A DNA stretch of 64,000 bases from Candidatus Zixiibacteriota bacterium (GCA_050117845.1 JASFLY010000005.1:1-64000), one strand, 5' to 3'. Shown: positions 1 through 10,075, numbered from the stretch's first letter. The notes: generated by a model from the sequence alone, not told the origin. Translations and numbers: made by a program.

Positions 1-17
1 ACGCCGAGGGGTCCGCC

Positions 18-1229
18 GTGGCCGGGGCGGAGGTTTTCTTCGACGAAGTCTGGTCCGACGGGACGGGAATCCCCCTCAGGCCGGTGGGAGCGGAGTGGGG
101 AATAGCGCCACGCGCCGCCGGAGAGCGCTACGTCCTGGACCTCCACGGCCGGGGCGTCAGGAAAAAGGGGCCCCACGTCCTATACGTGCACGGCAAGGAC
201 GGCGCCGGGAACTGGGGCGAATTTTACGAGGTGCCGTTCGACGTGACCGGGCCGCCCCGGCCGTCGCGGGATATCGCGGGCCGCGTAAGTTTCGAAAAAC
301 TTCCCGCTCCGGGCGCGTTAGTTACGGCCCGTCCCGAGGGAGACCGCCGGGCCCCCGTCGCCATTACCGTATCGGACGAGAAGGGCCTCTTCACCCTCGA
401 GAAACTCCCGCCGGGCAGGTATGATGTGAACGCTCTGCTCGACGAGGACGAGGATGGCCGCTGGCGTCGGGGGGAGCCTGAGGGCGTCGCGGCCGGCGTC
501 GTGGACGTCGCGGCCTCGGACGCGACCGGCGTCGATATCGTATTGACCTACGGCCCGTCGTTGTCGTCGGCCAACGCCCGGATACAGAGTTTCGCCGGCG
601 ACCGGGCCGTGTTGGCGTTGTCCGCCGCGGCCCGGGATCGCGACATGGACCTCGCCCGGGTATGGGCCGAGTTGCCCGGCGGGATAGAGGTAGACCTGGC
701 GGACGACGGCATTCCGCCGGACGACGCCGCGGGGGACGGAATTTATAAATATGCCCGGGAATACCGGGGCGAGGAATTCGCGGCCCGGCCCGAGGGCGAC
801 GTCGTCATCTACGCGGAGGACGGCCGGGGCAACCGCGTCACCGCGACCGTCTCCGAATCCCCCGGCCTGCGGCTGGCCCGCGTCGACGCCCCGTCGGGAC
901 TTGAACTCTACACCGGCGCGGAAGGCCTCGACGTCTCGTGGACCCCGGTGGAAAACGCGTGGGGCGGCTACGTCGTCTTCCTGGTGCCGGCGGACCGGTT
1001 GGATCGGTTCACGGGCCCGGGCACCGGAGAGGTGTATTCCAACTTCCGCAACCCGTCGTACGGGACCGCGCTGACCATCCCGTACGACGCGGTCGAGGAC
1101 TGGTGGGCCTACCCGGCCGGGTCGAAGTTCACGGTCTTCGTTATCGCGAGCGCCGGCGACGCCGACAACTATCAGGCGTCCGACAAGGCGATAATAACGG
1201 CGGAGTGGCGCAAACCGGCGACGCGGTAA
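18..1229 (+). CDS. Secreted/surface protein (probably 5'-truncated by window edge) with carboxypeptidase-regulatory-like and 'DDGxxxDxxAGDGIY' (choice-of-anchor X-like) segments
   Basis: 403-aa ORF; motifs SDEKGLFTLEKLPPGRYDV and LADDGIPPDDAAGDGIY. Confidence 0.5.
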   Translation: MAGAEVFFDEVWSDGTGIPLRPVGAEWGIAPRAAGERYVLDLHGRGVRKKGPHVLYVHGKDGAGNWGEFYEVPFDVTGPPRPSRDIAGRVSFEKLPAPGALVTARPEGDRRAPVAITVSDEKGLFTLEKLPPGRYDVNALLDEDEDGRWRRGEPEGVAAGVVDVAASDATGVDIVLTYGPSLSSANARIQSFAGDRAVLALSAAARDRDMDLARVWAELPGGIEVDLADDGIPPDDAAGDGIYKYAREYRGEEFAARPEGDVVIYAEDGRGNRVTATVSESPGLRLARVDAPSGLELYTGAEGLDVSWTPVENAWGGYVVFLVPADRLDRFTGPGTGEVYSNFRNPSYGTALTIPYDAVEDWWAYPAGSKFTVFVIASAGDADNYQASDKAIITAEWRKPATR

Positions 1230-1410
1230 AAAAACCAAAACGGCCGCGGCGCTTTATTTCGCTTGCGGCGAGGCCGCGCTTATATTAATTTAAAGCACTT
1301 GGCGGAAGCCGGGGGCCGGGGTCGTTTTGTAAAAGGCGCCGCCCTTAAAGTAAAATAAGTTTACGCCCAAACTACGGGAAACCCTAATCTTCAAAGCGGG
1401 AGCGTAGTAT

Positions 1411-1932
1411 ATGGACTATCGCGACGAAGTGGCCGGGAAACGCCGGGGTATCATCGAATGGATGATGAAATACGTCCCCGGGTACCGCGGCTACCAGGAG
1501 AAGGAGACCCGCCGGGAAGCCGACAAGCTTCTGCGTGAGCACCTTGCGGGTCGCTTGAAGAACGGCAAGACCAAGGTCCAGGACATCAGGGACAGATTGG
1601 CCGAGGATGCCAAACTCGACCTCTTGGACGACGTCGATCGCGTCGACCTCATCTTCGAGAACATCGTGGACCGATTGGGTTTCTCGTCGTACGGTTACGC
1701 CGGCTTTTTCGACGCCGCCCGGGTGGACGAGGACGCTCTCGACCGCCTCTACGAATTCGACGAAGGGCTGGCGAAGTCGATAGACGCCATCCTGGAAAAG
1801 ACCGACGCACTGGCGGCCGCGGCTGCCGAGGGCGCCGAATTCAAGAAACCCCTCGACGAACTTAAAGCGGATCTCCGGGCTTTCAACGATAAGCTCGACC
1901 AACGCAAAGACACCATCCTGGGGGTGAGTTAA
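1411..1932 (+). CDS. Conserved hypothetical helical protein, coupled to SPFH gene
   Basis: RBS GGAG; IPGYxGY-ExRREADK-like motif; TAATG overlap with next gene. Confidence 0.6.
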   Translation: MDYRDEVAGKRRGIIEWMMKYVPGYRGYQEKETRREADKLLREHLAGRLKNGKTKVQDIRDRLAEDAKLDLLDDVDRVDLIFENIVDRLGFSSYGYAGFFDAARVDEDALDRLYEFDEGLAKSIDAILEKTDALAAAAAEGAEFKKPLDELKADLRAFNDKLDQRKDTILGVS

Positions 1933-3038
1933 TGGCCATATTCGACGTTATCGAATCGGTCGACATGGGGCCGAATGCCATCGTGCAGCGCTGGCCGGCC
2001 GTCGGTTCCGGGGAAATTAAACTGGGAAGCCAACTCGTCGTACGTGAAAACCAGTGGGGCGTATTCTTCCGCGACGGCAAGGGGTACGACGCCTTCGAGG
2101 CCGGCCGCCATACGCTGACGACCGGCAACGTACCGCTGTTAATAGACTTCGTCGGCAAGCACATCACCGACGGCAGTCCCTTCAAGGCGGAGGTTTACTT
2201 CGTCAACAAGCGCCCCATCCGCGACATGAAGTGGGGCACCCCCGAGCCGATTATATTCCGCGATAAGGACCTGGCGATGGTCCGCCTGCGCTCCTTCGGC
2301 ATATTCTCGGTGCGCGTTACCGACCCCATGCTCTTCGTCAACAAAGTAGTGGGGACCGAGGGCCGGCTGGAGACGCGGGACATCGAGTCCTTCCTCCGTG
2401 CGATGATCACCTCCCGGCTCCAGGACGTGCTGGGCGAAGTGCTGGCCTCCATCCTCGACCTCGCGGCGATGTACGACGAGATAGGGGCCGCGATGAAGTC
2501 CCGCATCCGCGACGACTTCGGGAAGTACGGCCTCGAGGTTACGGACTTCTACGTTAACGCCATCACGCCGCCGCCCGAGGTGCAGAAGATAATTGACGAG
2601 CGCACCGGCATGGCCGCCGTGGGCGACCTCGATTCGTACTACCGCTTCAAAGCCGCGAAAGCGGTCGAGAAGGCCGCCGAACAGACCGGCGGCGGAGCCG
2701 GCGAAGGCATGGGCATGGGCGTGGGCCTGGGCATGGGCATGTCCATGGCGCAGATGATGGGCGGCGCCATGCGGACCACGACCGAACAGCCCTGCCCCAA
2801 GTGTGGCAAGCCGATGCCGACGGGCTCGAACTTCTGCCCCGAGTGCGGCAATAAAATCGGCCTTCCGGACGAGACCCTTATCATTTGCCCGAACTGCCAG
2901 GCCGACAACCCGGCCAAAGCCAAGTTCTGCTCGTCCTGCGGCAAGGAACTCCCCGTCTCGGGGCACTGCCCGAAATGCGGCGAGGCCGTGGACCAGGACG
3001 ACAAGTTCTGCCCGGAATGCGGCGAGAAGTTGAAGTAA
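1932..3038 (+). CDS. SPFH/band-7 domain protein with C-terminal double zinc ribbons (YdjI-like)
   Basis: GSQLVVRENQ...WGTPEPI SPFH signature; repeated CPxCG...KFCxxCG motifs. Confidence 0.85.
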   Translation: MAIFDVIESVDMGPNAIVQRWPAVGSGEIKLGSQLVVRENQWGVFFRDGKGYDAFEAGRHTLTTGNVPLLIDFVGKHITDGSPFKAEVYFVNKRPIRDMKWGTPEPIIFRDKDLAMVRLRSFGIFSVRVTDPMLFVNKVVGTEGRLETRDIESFLRAMITSRLQDVLGEVLASILDLAAMYDEIGAAMKSRIRDDFGKYGLEVTDFYVNAITPPPEVQKIIDERTGMAAVGDLDSYYRFKAAKAVEKAAEQTGGGAGEGMGMGVGLGMGMSMAQMMGGAMRTTTEQPCPKCGKPMPTGSNFCPECGNKIGLPDETLIICPNCQADNPAKAKFCSSCGKELPVSGHCPKCGEAVDQDDKFCPECGEKLK

Positions 3039-3063
3039 TAGTAATACCTGATATGGGCACGCC

Positions 3064-3090
3064 AGGCCGCCTTCCGGGGCGGCCTTTTTA
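3064..3090 (+). terminator. Intrinsic terminator
   Basis: AGGCCGCC-TTCCG-GGGCGGCCT followed by TTTT. Confidence 0.75.
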
Positions 3091-3263
3091 TTGAAATAGC
3101 ACGTTGATCGTTAATACCGTATTGGTACATATTTTATATGGGCGTAGGGGCGTAACGGGTTGCACCCCTACGAAGGCTTGACGGTGGGCCGCGGAACGGT
3201 TATACTTTGAACGTAAACGGCTCGCATCGTCAACGTTCGCCGCAACGAAGGAGGCTCCGGCGT

Positions 3264-4067
3264 ATGAGAGTCAAGGTATTGCTTTACGTTGCCGTGGCCG
3301 GCGCGATATGCGTCGGGCCGGCCCACGCCGGCGTCGGCTCCGTCATCAGCTCGTTCCGTATTACCGACTCCACTTCGCCCCTGGCGACGGGTGTCTTCCG
3401 CGACGGCTCGTACGTTTACGGCGTACTGTCCACGTCCGGGGACGATTATTTCGCGACGTATACGCCGGCCGGTTCACTCGTCGGGTCTTTTCCCCTCACC
3501 GGTGCCGACGAAGCACGGGATGCCGACCACAGTACGCTAGGTTCCGGTTACGTGGCGATATTCGATTTCGGGAACAAAAAACTCCTGACCTACTCGTACG
3601 CCGGTAACCTGGTGGACGAGAAGCCGTTGCCCTCCGACACGCTCTCGTACGCGTACGTACCGGGCGACAACCGCTACTACGTGGGACGGGGCAGTCAGGT
3701 TTTCCGTTATACGTTAAACGACGTACTGGTTAACCAGTTTTACGTGGGGGGAACGCTCGCGGGCCTCGCCGCCACATCTATATACGACGGCGTGCCCGGT
3801 AATTACGTTATAGCAGGCCGCTCGGGCGCCGGGGGGTATACGTTCGTCTATTCGGGCGCCGGTTCGGCCGTGGACTCGTTCGTCGTACCAGGGTCGGGGA
3901 CCTTCGCTTCGGTTTGCGGGCCGGCGGCGTTCTTCGATACGGAGACTACGTACTGGAGCGTTCAGTCCATCTCGACCGAACGATGGGCGTTCCAGGTCGA
4001 CGTCGACGGCGGCTATCCGGCCGTCGCGCCGTCCTCGCTCGGGAAGGTCCGGGCGATTTTCAGGTAG
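3264..4067 (+). CDS. Secreted beta-rich protein (family A, paralog 1) with C-terminal AVAPSSLGKVRAIFR motif
   Basis: GGAGG RBS before ATG 3264; signal peptide MRVKVLLYVAVAGAICVGPAHA; paralogous to the next two genes. Confidence 0.75.
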   Translation: MRVKVLLYVAVAGAICVGPAHAGVGSVISSFRITDSTSPLATGVFRDGSYVYGVLSTSGDDYFATYTPAGSLVGSFPLTGADEARDADHSTLGSGYVAIFDFGNKKLLTYSYAGNLVDEKPLPSDTLSYAYVPGDNRYYVGRGSQVFRYTLNDVLVNQFYVGGTLAGLAATSIYDGVPGNYVIAGRSGAGGYTFVYSGAGSAVDSFVVPGSGTFASVCGPAAFFDTETTYWSVQSISTERWAFQVDVDGGYPAVAPSSLGKVRAIFR

Positions 4068-4250
4068 GGAAGCGGGCCGCCGTATCGCCGCCCGGCGGCC
4101 GGGCCGAGAGGTCCGAATATGGCGATGAACCCGATAACGCAAGGCCGCGTTCGCCTCGTCTGAGGCGGCCGCGGCCTTTTAATAAGGGGTCGGGCCGGGG
4201 GAAATCTCGAAACGGGGCTAATATCAACGGCAGGGTGAAGGAGGAGGCTT

Positions 4251-5054
4251 ATGGGTAAGGTTAACGTGGTAATTGGCGGGGTGCTTTTACTGGCGGTAGC
4301 CGTAGGGGCGCCGGCGTTCGGCGCGCCGGGCGACATCATATCCTCGTTCACGGTTCAGACTCCCGCTTTGTGGATCGCCGGCGTTTACCGGGACGGGGCG
4401 TACGTTTACTTCGCCGTATCGTGGGCCCCGGTCCGGTACGATTCGGTATACAAATATACTCCCGACGGCGCTCTGGTCGACTTCATCACTTTCAACCGGC
4501 CCAATAATTACCCTATAAACGACCCCGACCACAGCCGCCTCGGCGACGGTTACATGACCGCCGGTACCGAGGGCGACTTTCTAATTACCTACGATTTGAC
4601 GACCGGCCGGTGGGTCGAAAATACGGAAATCGGAATATCGGATATTATGGGTTACGCGTACCGGGGTGATGGGGCGAGGTTCGCCTTCGCCATGGACGAT
4701 GCCGGAATCGTGTACAAGTTTAACCCGGCCTGGAACGTCGTGGCGTCCTTCCCGTGGGGCGGCGCACTGGCCGCTACCCGCTACTACGACGGCCGCGCCG
4801 GGAACTACGTAATAGTGAACGGCAACCCGGCCGACGTGTATACCGGCGCGGGTTCGCTCGTCGGGACCTTTCCGAGTTCGGTTAGCCAGGGCTGCGTCTG
4901 CGGCCCCGGTTATCCGGCGAGTTGGGGCACGACGTTTTGGAATTACGGCCGCGTGTCGGCTGATACTTATATGATTTACCAGATAGACCTCGGCAACGGC
5001 CTTACCGCCGTCGAGCCGGCGTCCCTGGGGAAGGTCAAGGCGCTGTATCGATAG
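4251..5054 (+). CDS. Secreted beta-rich protein (family A, paralog 2) with C-terminal AVEPASLGKVKALYR motif
   Basis: GGAGG RBS; signal peptide; shared GxxISSF, DxDxSxLGxGY and CGP motifs. Confidence 0.8.
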   Translation: MGKVNVVIGGVLLLAVAVGAPAFGAPGDIISSFTVQTPALWIAGVYRDGAYVYFAVSWAPVRYDSVYKYTPDGALVDFITFNRPNNYPINDPDHSRLGDGYMTAGTEGDFLITYDLTTGRWVENTEIGISDIMGYAYRGDGARFAFAMDDAGIVYKFNPAWNVVASFPWGGALAATRYYDGRAGNYVIVNGNPADVYTGAGSLVGTFPSSVSQGCVCGPGYPASWGTTFWNYGRVSADTYMIYQIDLGNGLTAVEPASLGKVKALYR

Positions 5055-5095
5055 CGGCCGAAGAGTGCTATCGGCATCGTCACGGGAGGTTAACT

Positions 5096-5914
5096 ATGGG
5101 CGTGAGAAGTATCCGACGTTCCGTAGCGGTCGCCCTCTGCGCGGCGGCCTTCGGGGCGCCCGCGCACGCGTCGCTCGGTTCGGTTATAAGTTCCTTCTAC
5201 GTCGCCGACAATTACCATTACTGGTCGCGCGGCGTATCCCGGGATTCGACCTACCTTTATTGGGTAGTAACCGAGTTATATCCGGGGTACAGTTTGCATT
5301 ACGATGACTTCCACGGTGGCGGCGGGTCCGTATATATCAGAAACTCCTACAGTGGTCACGGTGACGCCGACGCTAGCATCCTGGGGCCCGGCTATTTCGC
5401 TGACATATGTTATGTTGACGGCGTCCAAGTCGTTGCCGATTTCGACCTGGCTACCGGTTTGCCCATAGGGTCTTGGGCGCCCCTGAGTAGCATGACGGGC
5501 TACGCGTACAATCCCGAACTCGGCATTCGCTACGTCGGCGACGAGTACGGCCGCGTTCACCGCTACGACTCGAATGGTAGTTTCCTCGGGTCGTTCCTAA
5601 CGGCTGGGCCGATCGGCCTCGCGGCCGCGAGTGATTTCGCCGGGTACCACGGCGAATATATAATAGTTACGAAGTCGCATTATTGGTATGTGTATAACGC
5701 CATGGGCGTAGAAGTCGATAGGGTAGAATTCCCGATAGCGGGCGGCCTCGGCGAAAGCGCCTGCGGGCCGGGCAATCCCGCCGAATACGGGACGACGTTG
5801 TGGTGTATGGGTATAGCCGGGGATCTCAACGATTACGTCTTCCAGATATCGATGCACAACGCTACGGCTGTAACCCCCGCCTCCGTGGGTCGGATAAAGG
5901 CGCTGTATCGGTAA
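5096..5914 (+). CDS. Secreted beta-rich protein (family A, paralog 3) with C-terminal AVTPASVGRIKALYR motif
   Basis: GGAGG RBS; signal peptide; same shared motifs. Confidence 0.8.
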   Translation: MGVRSIRRSVAVALCAAAFGAPAHASLGSVISSFYVADNYHYWSRGVSRDSTYLYWVVTELYPGYSLHYDDFHGGGGSVYIRNSYSGHGDADASILGPGYFADICYVDGVQVVADFDLATGLPIGSWAPLSSMTGYAYNPELGIRYVGDEYGRVHRYDSNGSFLGSFLTAGPIGLAAASDFAGYHGEYIIVTKSHYWYVYNAMGVEVDRVEFPIAGGLGESACGPGNPAEYGTTLWCMGIAGDLNDYVFQISMHNATAVTPASVGRIKALYR

Positions 5915-5925
5915 CCGATCCACTA

Positions 5926-5956
5926 ATAAAAACGCCGGCCCCTAGGGCCGGCTTTT
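5926..5956. terminator. Bidirectional intrinsic terminator between convergent genes
   Basis: A-run, GCCGGCCC-TA-GGGCCGGC, T-run. Confidence 0.7.
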
Positions 5957-5975
5957 CGTTTACGCTCTCGTAAGT

Positions 5976-6197
5976 TTATATCTCGTACACGTCGTCGTAC
6001 TCCACGCCTTTGTCGTCCAGGCAGCGCCGGACTTCCTCGGCGTCCGCCCGGGCGAAGCGCAGCGAGATGCCGCAATCGCTCGAGAGTTCGCGCGGCGTCG
6101 GGACCAGCTTCACGTCGAGGCCCGCCGCCCGCGTCACCTTCTCGCCGCGCATGGCCGAGGAGGTGGTGAAGAAGAGGACGACGCCGTACGCGCTCAT
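5976..6197 (-). CDS. DUF3343 family protein (found in selenium/sulfur relay clusters)
   Basis: F-x-T-T-S-S-A-M...LVPTPRELSSDCGISLRF signature. Confidence 0.85.
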   Translation of the reverse strand: MSAYGVVLFFTTSSAMRGEKVTRAAGLDVKLVPTPRELSSDCGISLRFARADAEEVRRCLDDKGVEYDDVYEI

Positions 6198-7339
6198 GCC
6201 GCCGTTATCTCCCGGAAAGCGGCGACCGTACGGTCGATATCCGCCGGCGTGGTAAAAATCCCCGCCGCCAGCCGAACCGTCCCCTCCGGGAAGGTGCCCA
6301 GCGTCCGGTGGGCCGCCGGCGCGCAGTGCAGGCCCACGCGAGTGAGGATGCCGTAGTCGTCGTCCAGCGCCAGCCCCACGTCCGAGACGAGTTTACCCTC
6401 CACGGTCACCGATAAAGTAGCCGTGCGGTCCTCCGCGGCCGCCGGGCCGTAGACCGTTACCCTCGGCAAGGCCGCCAGACCTTCCATCAACGCCCGCGTC
6501 AACTCCAGCTCGTGCGCCCGGATAGCTTCGACGCCGCGCTCCGTTACGAAGCCTAAGGCGGCGTGAAGGCCGGCCAGGCCGACGGCGTTCGCCGTGCCCC
6601 ATTCATACTTATCGGGCAACTCCCGGGGTTGCTCTTCGGACTCGGAGCGGCTGCCGGTGCCGCCCGTCATTATGGGCTCCATCTCGGCGACGTCGACCGT
6701 CGGCGCGACGATAAGGCCGCCGGTTCCGGTCGGGCCTTGTAGGCTCTTGTGGCCGGTGAAGGCCAACAGGTCGATGCCGAGGACCTGAACGTCTATCGGC
6801 AGGCAACCGGCCGACTGCGCCGCGTCCACCAGAAAGAGAGCCCCGGCGGCGTGGGCCACGCGGCCTATTTCGGCCAACGGTAGGATAGTCCCGCTAACGT
6901 TCGAGGCGTGGGTGGCGACGACGAGGCGCGTGCCGGGTGTTACCGCCCGCTCCATCTCGGCTACGTCGAGCGAGCCGTCCGGCCTGCAGGGCGCGACGAC
7001 GACGTCGACGCCGCGCGCCTCCAGCGCCCGGAGCGGCCTCATGACCGAGTTGTGCTCCATGCCGGTCGTGACGGCGCGGTCTCCCGGCCGGAGCAGGCCC
7101 CGCATGGCGGCGTTGAGAGCGTGGGTGGCGTTATGCGTGAATACGACGCGGATGGGGTCCGGCGCGCCGAAGAATTCCGCGACAGCCTCCCGCGCGTCGT
7201 AGACCGTTCTCCCGGCGGCGACCGATAAACGGTGGCCGGAGCGGCCGGGGTTGCCCCCGGCGCGCTCCAGAAAATCCGCCATCGCGCGCATGACCTCCGG
7301 CGGTTTGGGCCAGGAGGTCGCGGCGTGGTCGAGATATAT
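6194..7339 (-). CDS. Class V PLP aminotransferase, cysteine desulfurase/selenocysteine lyase family
   Basis: IYLDHAATSWPKP N-terminus upstream of the tracked ATG; DAAQSAG, FTGHK (PLP Lys) and RVGLHCAP (catalytic Cys); start appears non-canonical (ATA or GTA). Confidence 0.88.
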   Translation of the reverse strand: MYLDHAATSWPKPPEVMRAMADFLERAGGNPGRSGHRLSVAAGRTVYDAREAVAEFFGAPDPIRVVFTHNATHALNAAMRGLLRPGDRAVTTGMEHNSVMRPLRALEARGVDVVVAPCRPDGSLDVAEMERAVTPGTRLVVATHASNVSGTILPLAEIGRVAHAAGALFLVDAAQSAGCLPIDVQVLGIDLLAFTGHKSLQGPTGTGGLIVAPTVDVAEMEPIMTGGTGSRSESEEQPRELPDKYEWGTANAVGLAGLHAALGFVTERGVEAIRAHELELTRALMEGLAALPRVTVYGPAAAEDRTATLSVTVEGKLVSDVGLALDDDYGILTRVGLHCAPAAHRTLGTFPEGTVRLAAGIFTTPADIDRTVAAFREITAA

Positions 7340-7560
7340 TACTTCTCCAGTAATAACTTGTGCCCTCCGCCGCCGATTTCCTCGACCGTAACCTTCCAGC
7401 CGTTGCCCTCGGCGATGCGGGTGATGTTGTCCTTGGCCGTGCCGGAATCCACCAGGACTTCAATCCGGCCCGAACTTTGCGCCTGTATCGCTTTTTTGAC
7501 GGCGACCGCGGGCCCTGGACAGGATAGGCCGCGCGCGTCCACCGTGGTGGCGTCGCTCAT
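7339..7560 (-). CDS. TusA/SirA/YedF-family sulfur (selenium) carrier
   Basis: VDARGLSCPGP motif, 73 aa. Confidence 0.9.
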   Translation of the reverse strand: MSDATTVDARGLSCPGPAVAVKKAIQAQSSGRIEVLVDSGTAKDNITRIAEGNGWKVTVEEIGGGGHKLLLEK

Positions 7561-7570
7561 GGTTAACCTC

Positions 7571-8677
7571 CTAAAGGTCCGTCCGTTCGCGCATCGTCAA
7601 GCCCACGATGACGCAGAATACCAGGCCGACGATTACCATAATCGGGCCGAACGCGCCGACTCCCTTCGGCGAACTGGCCGCCGAGAACGTGTGGGCTACG
7701 AAGGCTCCTCCGAGCATTCCAAGTACGAAGACGCCCGCGTCGGCGTCACCCTCGCCGGAAAGAAAGAGCTGCCGGCCGGGGCAGCCGCCCGCGAGCGTGA
7801 AAGCGAGGCCCGCGAGAACCATGCCCCCGAAGTTCCATATCACGTCGGTATGGGCGACGGGTTGGTCCGCGAACCCCGGCCGGAATTGCCCAAGGAGGAG
7901 ATTGGTTACCGTGGCCGCCACTATCACGGCCACGATTCCCCAAAACAAATGCGCGTCACGAACGATTATTACATCTCGCACGGCGCCCACGGTGCAGAAG
8001 CGGCTCCGTTGCGCGAGGATTCCTATAAGCAGACCCACCCCCAAAGATATCAACAGCGGGGCGTACATCGCCCCCGGCCCCTTCTCCGAGAAGAAGATGG
8101 GCCCGGTGGCGGCCCCCTCGGCGTCGCGGCCGAATAGCGGCGCGAAGATGAGGAGTCCCAAAAGGACGACCATGAGTATCGGCATCCACCAGCCGAGCGC
8201 CTTCGGCGCAGGGCGGTTTCGGCCCAGGCTGAACCCCATCTTGAGGAACACGACGCCGATGACGATGCCTACGATAAGGCCGATTATGCCCGGGATGGCG
8301 TTCCAGTCGCCGCCCGAAAGCCGGAGGTACGCCCTCCACGGGCAGCCCAGGAAGACCAGCGCGCCCACCATGGCGAACATGCCGAGGAAGAAACGAAGGA
8401 AGGGAGACGAGCCGGTGCGCGGTTTGAATTCCCGGGTTATAAGCGCAGCGAGAAAGGCGCCCAGGACGAAGCCGATTATTTCGGGCCGGATGTACTGCAC
8501 CACGCCCGCCCGGTGCAGGCCGAGCGCCCCGGCGATGTCCCGGGTGAAACACGCCACGCAGATTCCCATGTTGCCGGGATTGCCGAGTTTGACGAGAATC
8601 GGCGCCAGTATGCCGACGGCCAAACCGGTTACGATAGGCCCCCACCGCGAACTGAAAAAACCCTTGAGAGATGACAT
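7571..8677 (-). CDS. yedE: YedE/YeeE family putative selenium/thiosulfate transporter
   Basis: GNPGNMGICVACFTRD, LGCP, RFCTVG and GGCPGRQ motifs; about 9-10 TM helices. Confidence 0.9.
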   Translation of the reverse strand: MSSLKGFFSSRWGPIVTGLAVGILAPILVKLGNPGNMGICVACFTRDIAGALGLHRAGVVQYIRPEIIGFVLGAFLAALITREFKPRTGSSPFLRFFLGMFAMVGALVFLGCPWRAYLRLSGGDWNAIPGIIGLIVGIVIGVVFLKMGFSLGRNRPAPKALGWWMPILMVVLLGLLIFAPLFGRDAEGAATGPIFFSEKGPGAMYAPLLISLGVGLLIGILAQRSRFCTVGAVRDVIIVRDAHLFWGIVAVIVAATVTNLLLGQFRPGFADQPVAHTDVIWNFGGMVLAGLAFTLAGGCPGRQLFLSGEGDADAGVFVLGMLGGAFVAHTFSAASSPKGVGAFGPIMVIVGLVFCVIVGLTMRERTDL

Positions 8678-8767
8678 CGCTCTTTATCCTCCTAACGAAT
8701 GTCCTCCGCAACCGGCGGCCGCGTTTTATCCGCGCCCCGCCGGCTGCGGGGGGTGCGGGTCAGCTGC

Positions 8768-9904
8768 CTATTTCCAGTTGAACTGGCAATGGAGGTAAGC
8801 GTAGTCGGTGGATTTGTCTTCGGTCGTCCCGGTAAGCGGGTCGACTTCTTTGTAGCCTTCGGTCTGGTAATTGGGTATAAGGGCCAGTGCGCCGTCGAAG
8901 AATTTGAAACCGACGCCGCCGATTATGAGCGTAACCTCGTCGTCGTCCACGTCAGTGTTGGGCTCGAACGCGTCGTAGCGGACCAGTGGGTGAATAGACA
9001 TGCCTTCCGTCGCGTTGAAGTGGCCGGTGGCATATACCGACATGATGTTGCCGTCGTATTTAAAGTCGCCCTCGCCGGCCGACCGCATGTAGTAGCCGGC
9101 GCCGAAGTTGGTGAAGCTGTTTTTAAGGCCCAACAGACCGCCGTATATCGTGACCGGGTTCTTAACGGCTCCGTCCGGGACGACTTCGCCCAGGTTCTCG
9201 GCCTTGGCCACGGCGTTAACCGAAAGGCCGCCCCTGGTCTCGTCGCCGACGAGCGGGAAGACGGACAGGCGGTACTCCACGTCCTTGCCGGAATAGGGGT
9301 CCTCGGCCGTGCCGAAGCTGCCGCCGTTCATCACGGCGAGGTTGTGCTTAACCAAACCCTCGCCGAAACTGCCGGAAATACCCAGGCCGATGTCGGCGGT
9401 ATCGCCGTAGCCGCGCTCCAGGAAGGCGGTCTTGCGGATGACGCGCCATCCCCACAAGCCGTGGTCGTAGGGTGCGAAGGGCGGTTTGATCATACCGGCG
9501 GAAATTGTGTGGTAGGGTATTACGTCCTTGACGTCGAGGTAGGCGTACTTTAAAAAGAAGCCGAGTTTTCCCGTGCGGCTATGCGCGGTTCCGACGATGT
9601 TGGTCAACTCGCCGGTTTCCGGGTCGAACACGGGTTCGTACGTATAATATGTATACGAATCCCGGCCGACATCGCCGGTTACGTTGTAGCCGACTTTTTC
9701 GTGGACGGAGCCCGTGGCCGTTACGTAACAACGGCTCAGGCCGAACTCGCTGCCGCCGTCCAGTTCGCCCTCTTCGGCGGTGGTGAGGTCGTGAAGGAAA
9801 TAGGTAAAGATAACGCCGGACAGGGCCGGGGGTTCGATCGCGAATGCGGCCGAGGCCAGCGCGACCGCGGCTACGAGAATGAACGTTTTAATAGAATTCC
9901 TCAT
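8768..9904 (-). CDS. Putative outer-membrane beta-barrel (porin-like), first gene of the yedE operon
   Basis: Signal peptide MRNSIKTFILVAAVALASAAFA; FxLKYAYLD strand; C-terminal alternating strand YLHCQFNWK. Confidence 0.65.
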   Translation of the reverse strand: MRNSIKTFILVAAVALASAAFAIEPPALSGVIFTYFLHDLTTAEEGELDGGSEFGLSRCYVTATGSVHEKVGYNVTGDVGRDSYTYYTYEPVFDPETGELTNIVGTAHSRTGKLGFFLKYAYLDVKDVIPYHTISAGMIKPPFAPYDHGLWGWRVIRKTAFLERGYGDTADIGLGISGSFGEGLVKHNLAVMNGGSFGTAEDPYSGKDVEYRLSVFPLVGDETRGGLSVNAVAKAENLGEVVPDGAVKNPVTIYGGLLGLKNSFTNFGAGYYMRSAGEGDFKYDGNIMSVYATGHFNATEGMSIHPLVRYDAFEPNTDVDDDEVTLIIGGVGFKFFDGALALIPNYQTEGYKEVDPLTGTTEDKSTDYAYLHCQFNWK

Positions 9905-10075
9905 TACCGTGTTCCCTTTCGTCGTGGTAAGTCTCGAAGCGCCGGGGTTTCGGCTCCTTCCGAGCCCCCGGCCGGGGTACCGTTTCAAGGAATAGCGCAA
10001 ACGAATAACCAGCGTCCGAATACCCGGAAGGGTGGCGCTGGTTCAGGCACGGCTTTACCGCACGGGCGGCGATAT

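Noticed and set aside
7608..8798. Long antisense or alternate-frame ORFs (e.g. 7608-8798 +, 20908-22314 +, 53446-54582 +)
   Set aside because: These are shadows of well-supported genes on the opposite strand, expected in high-GC DNA, and show no motifs or RBS.
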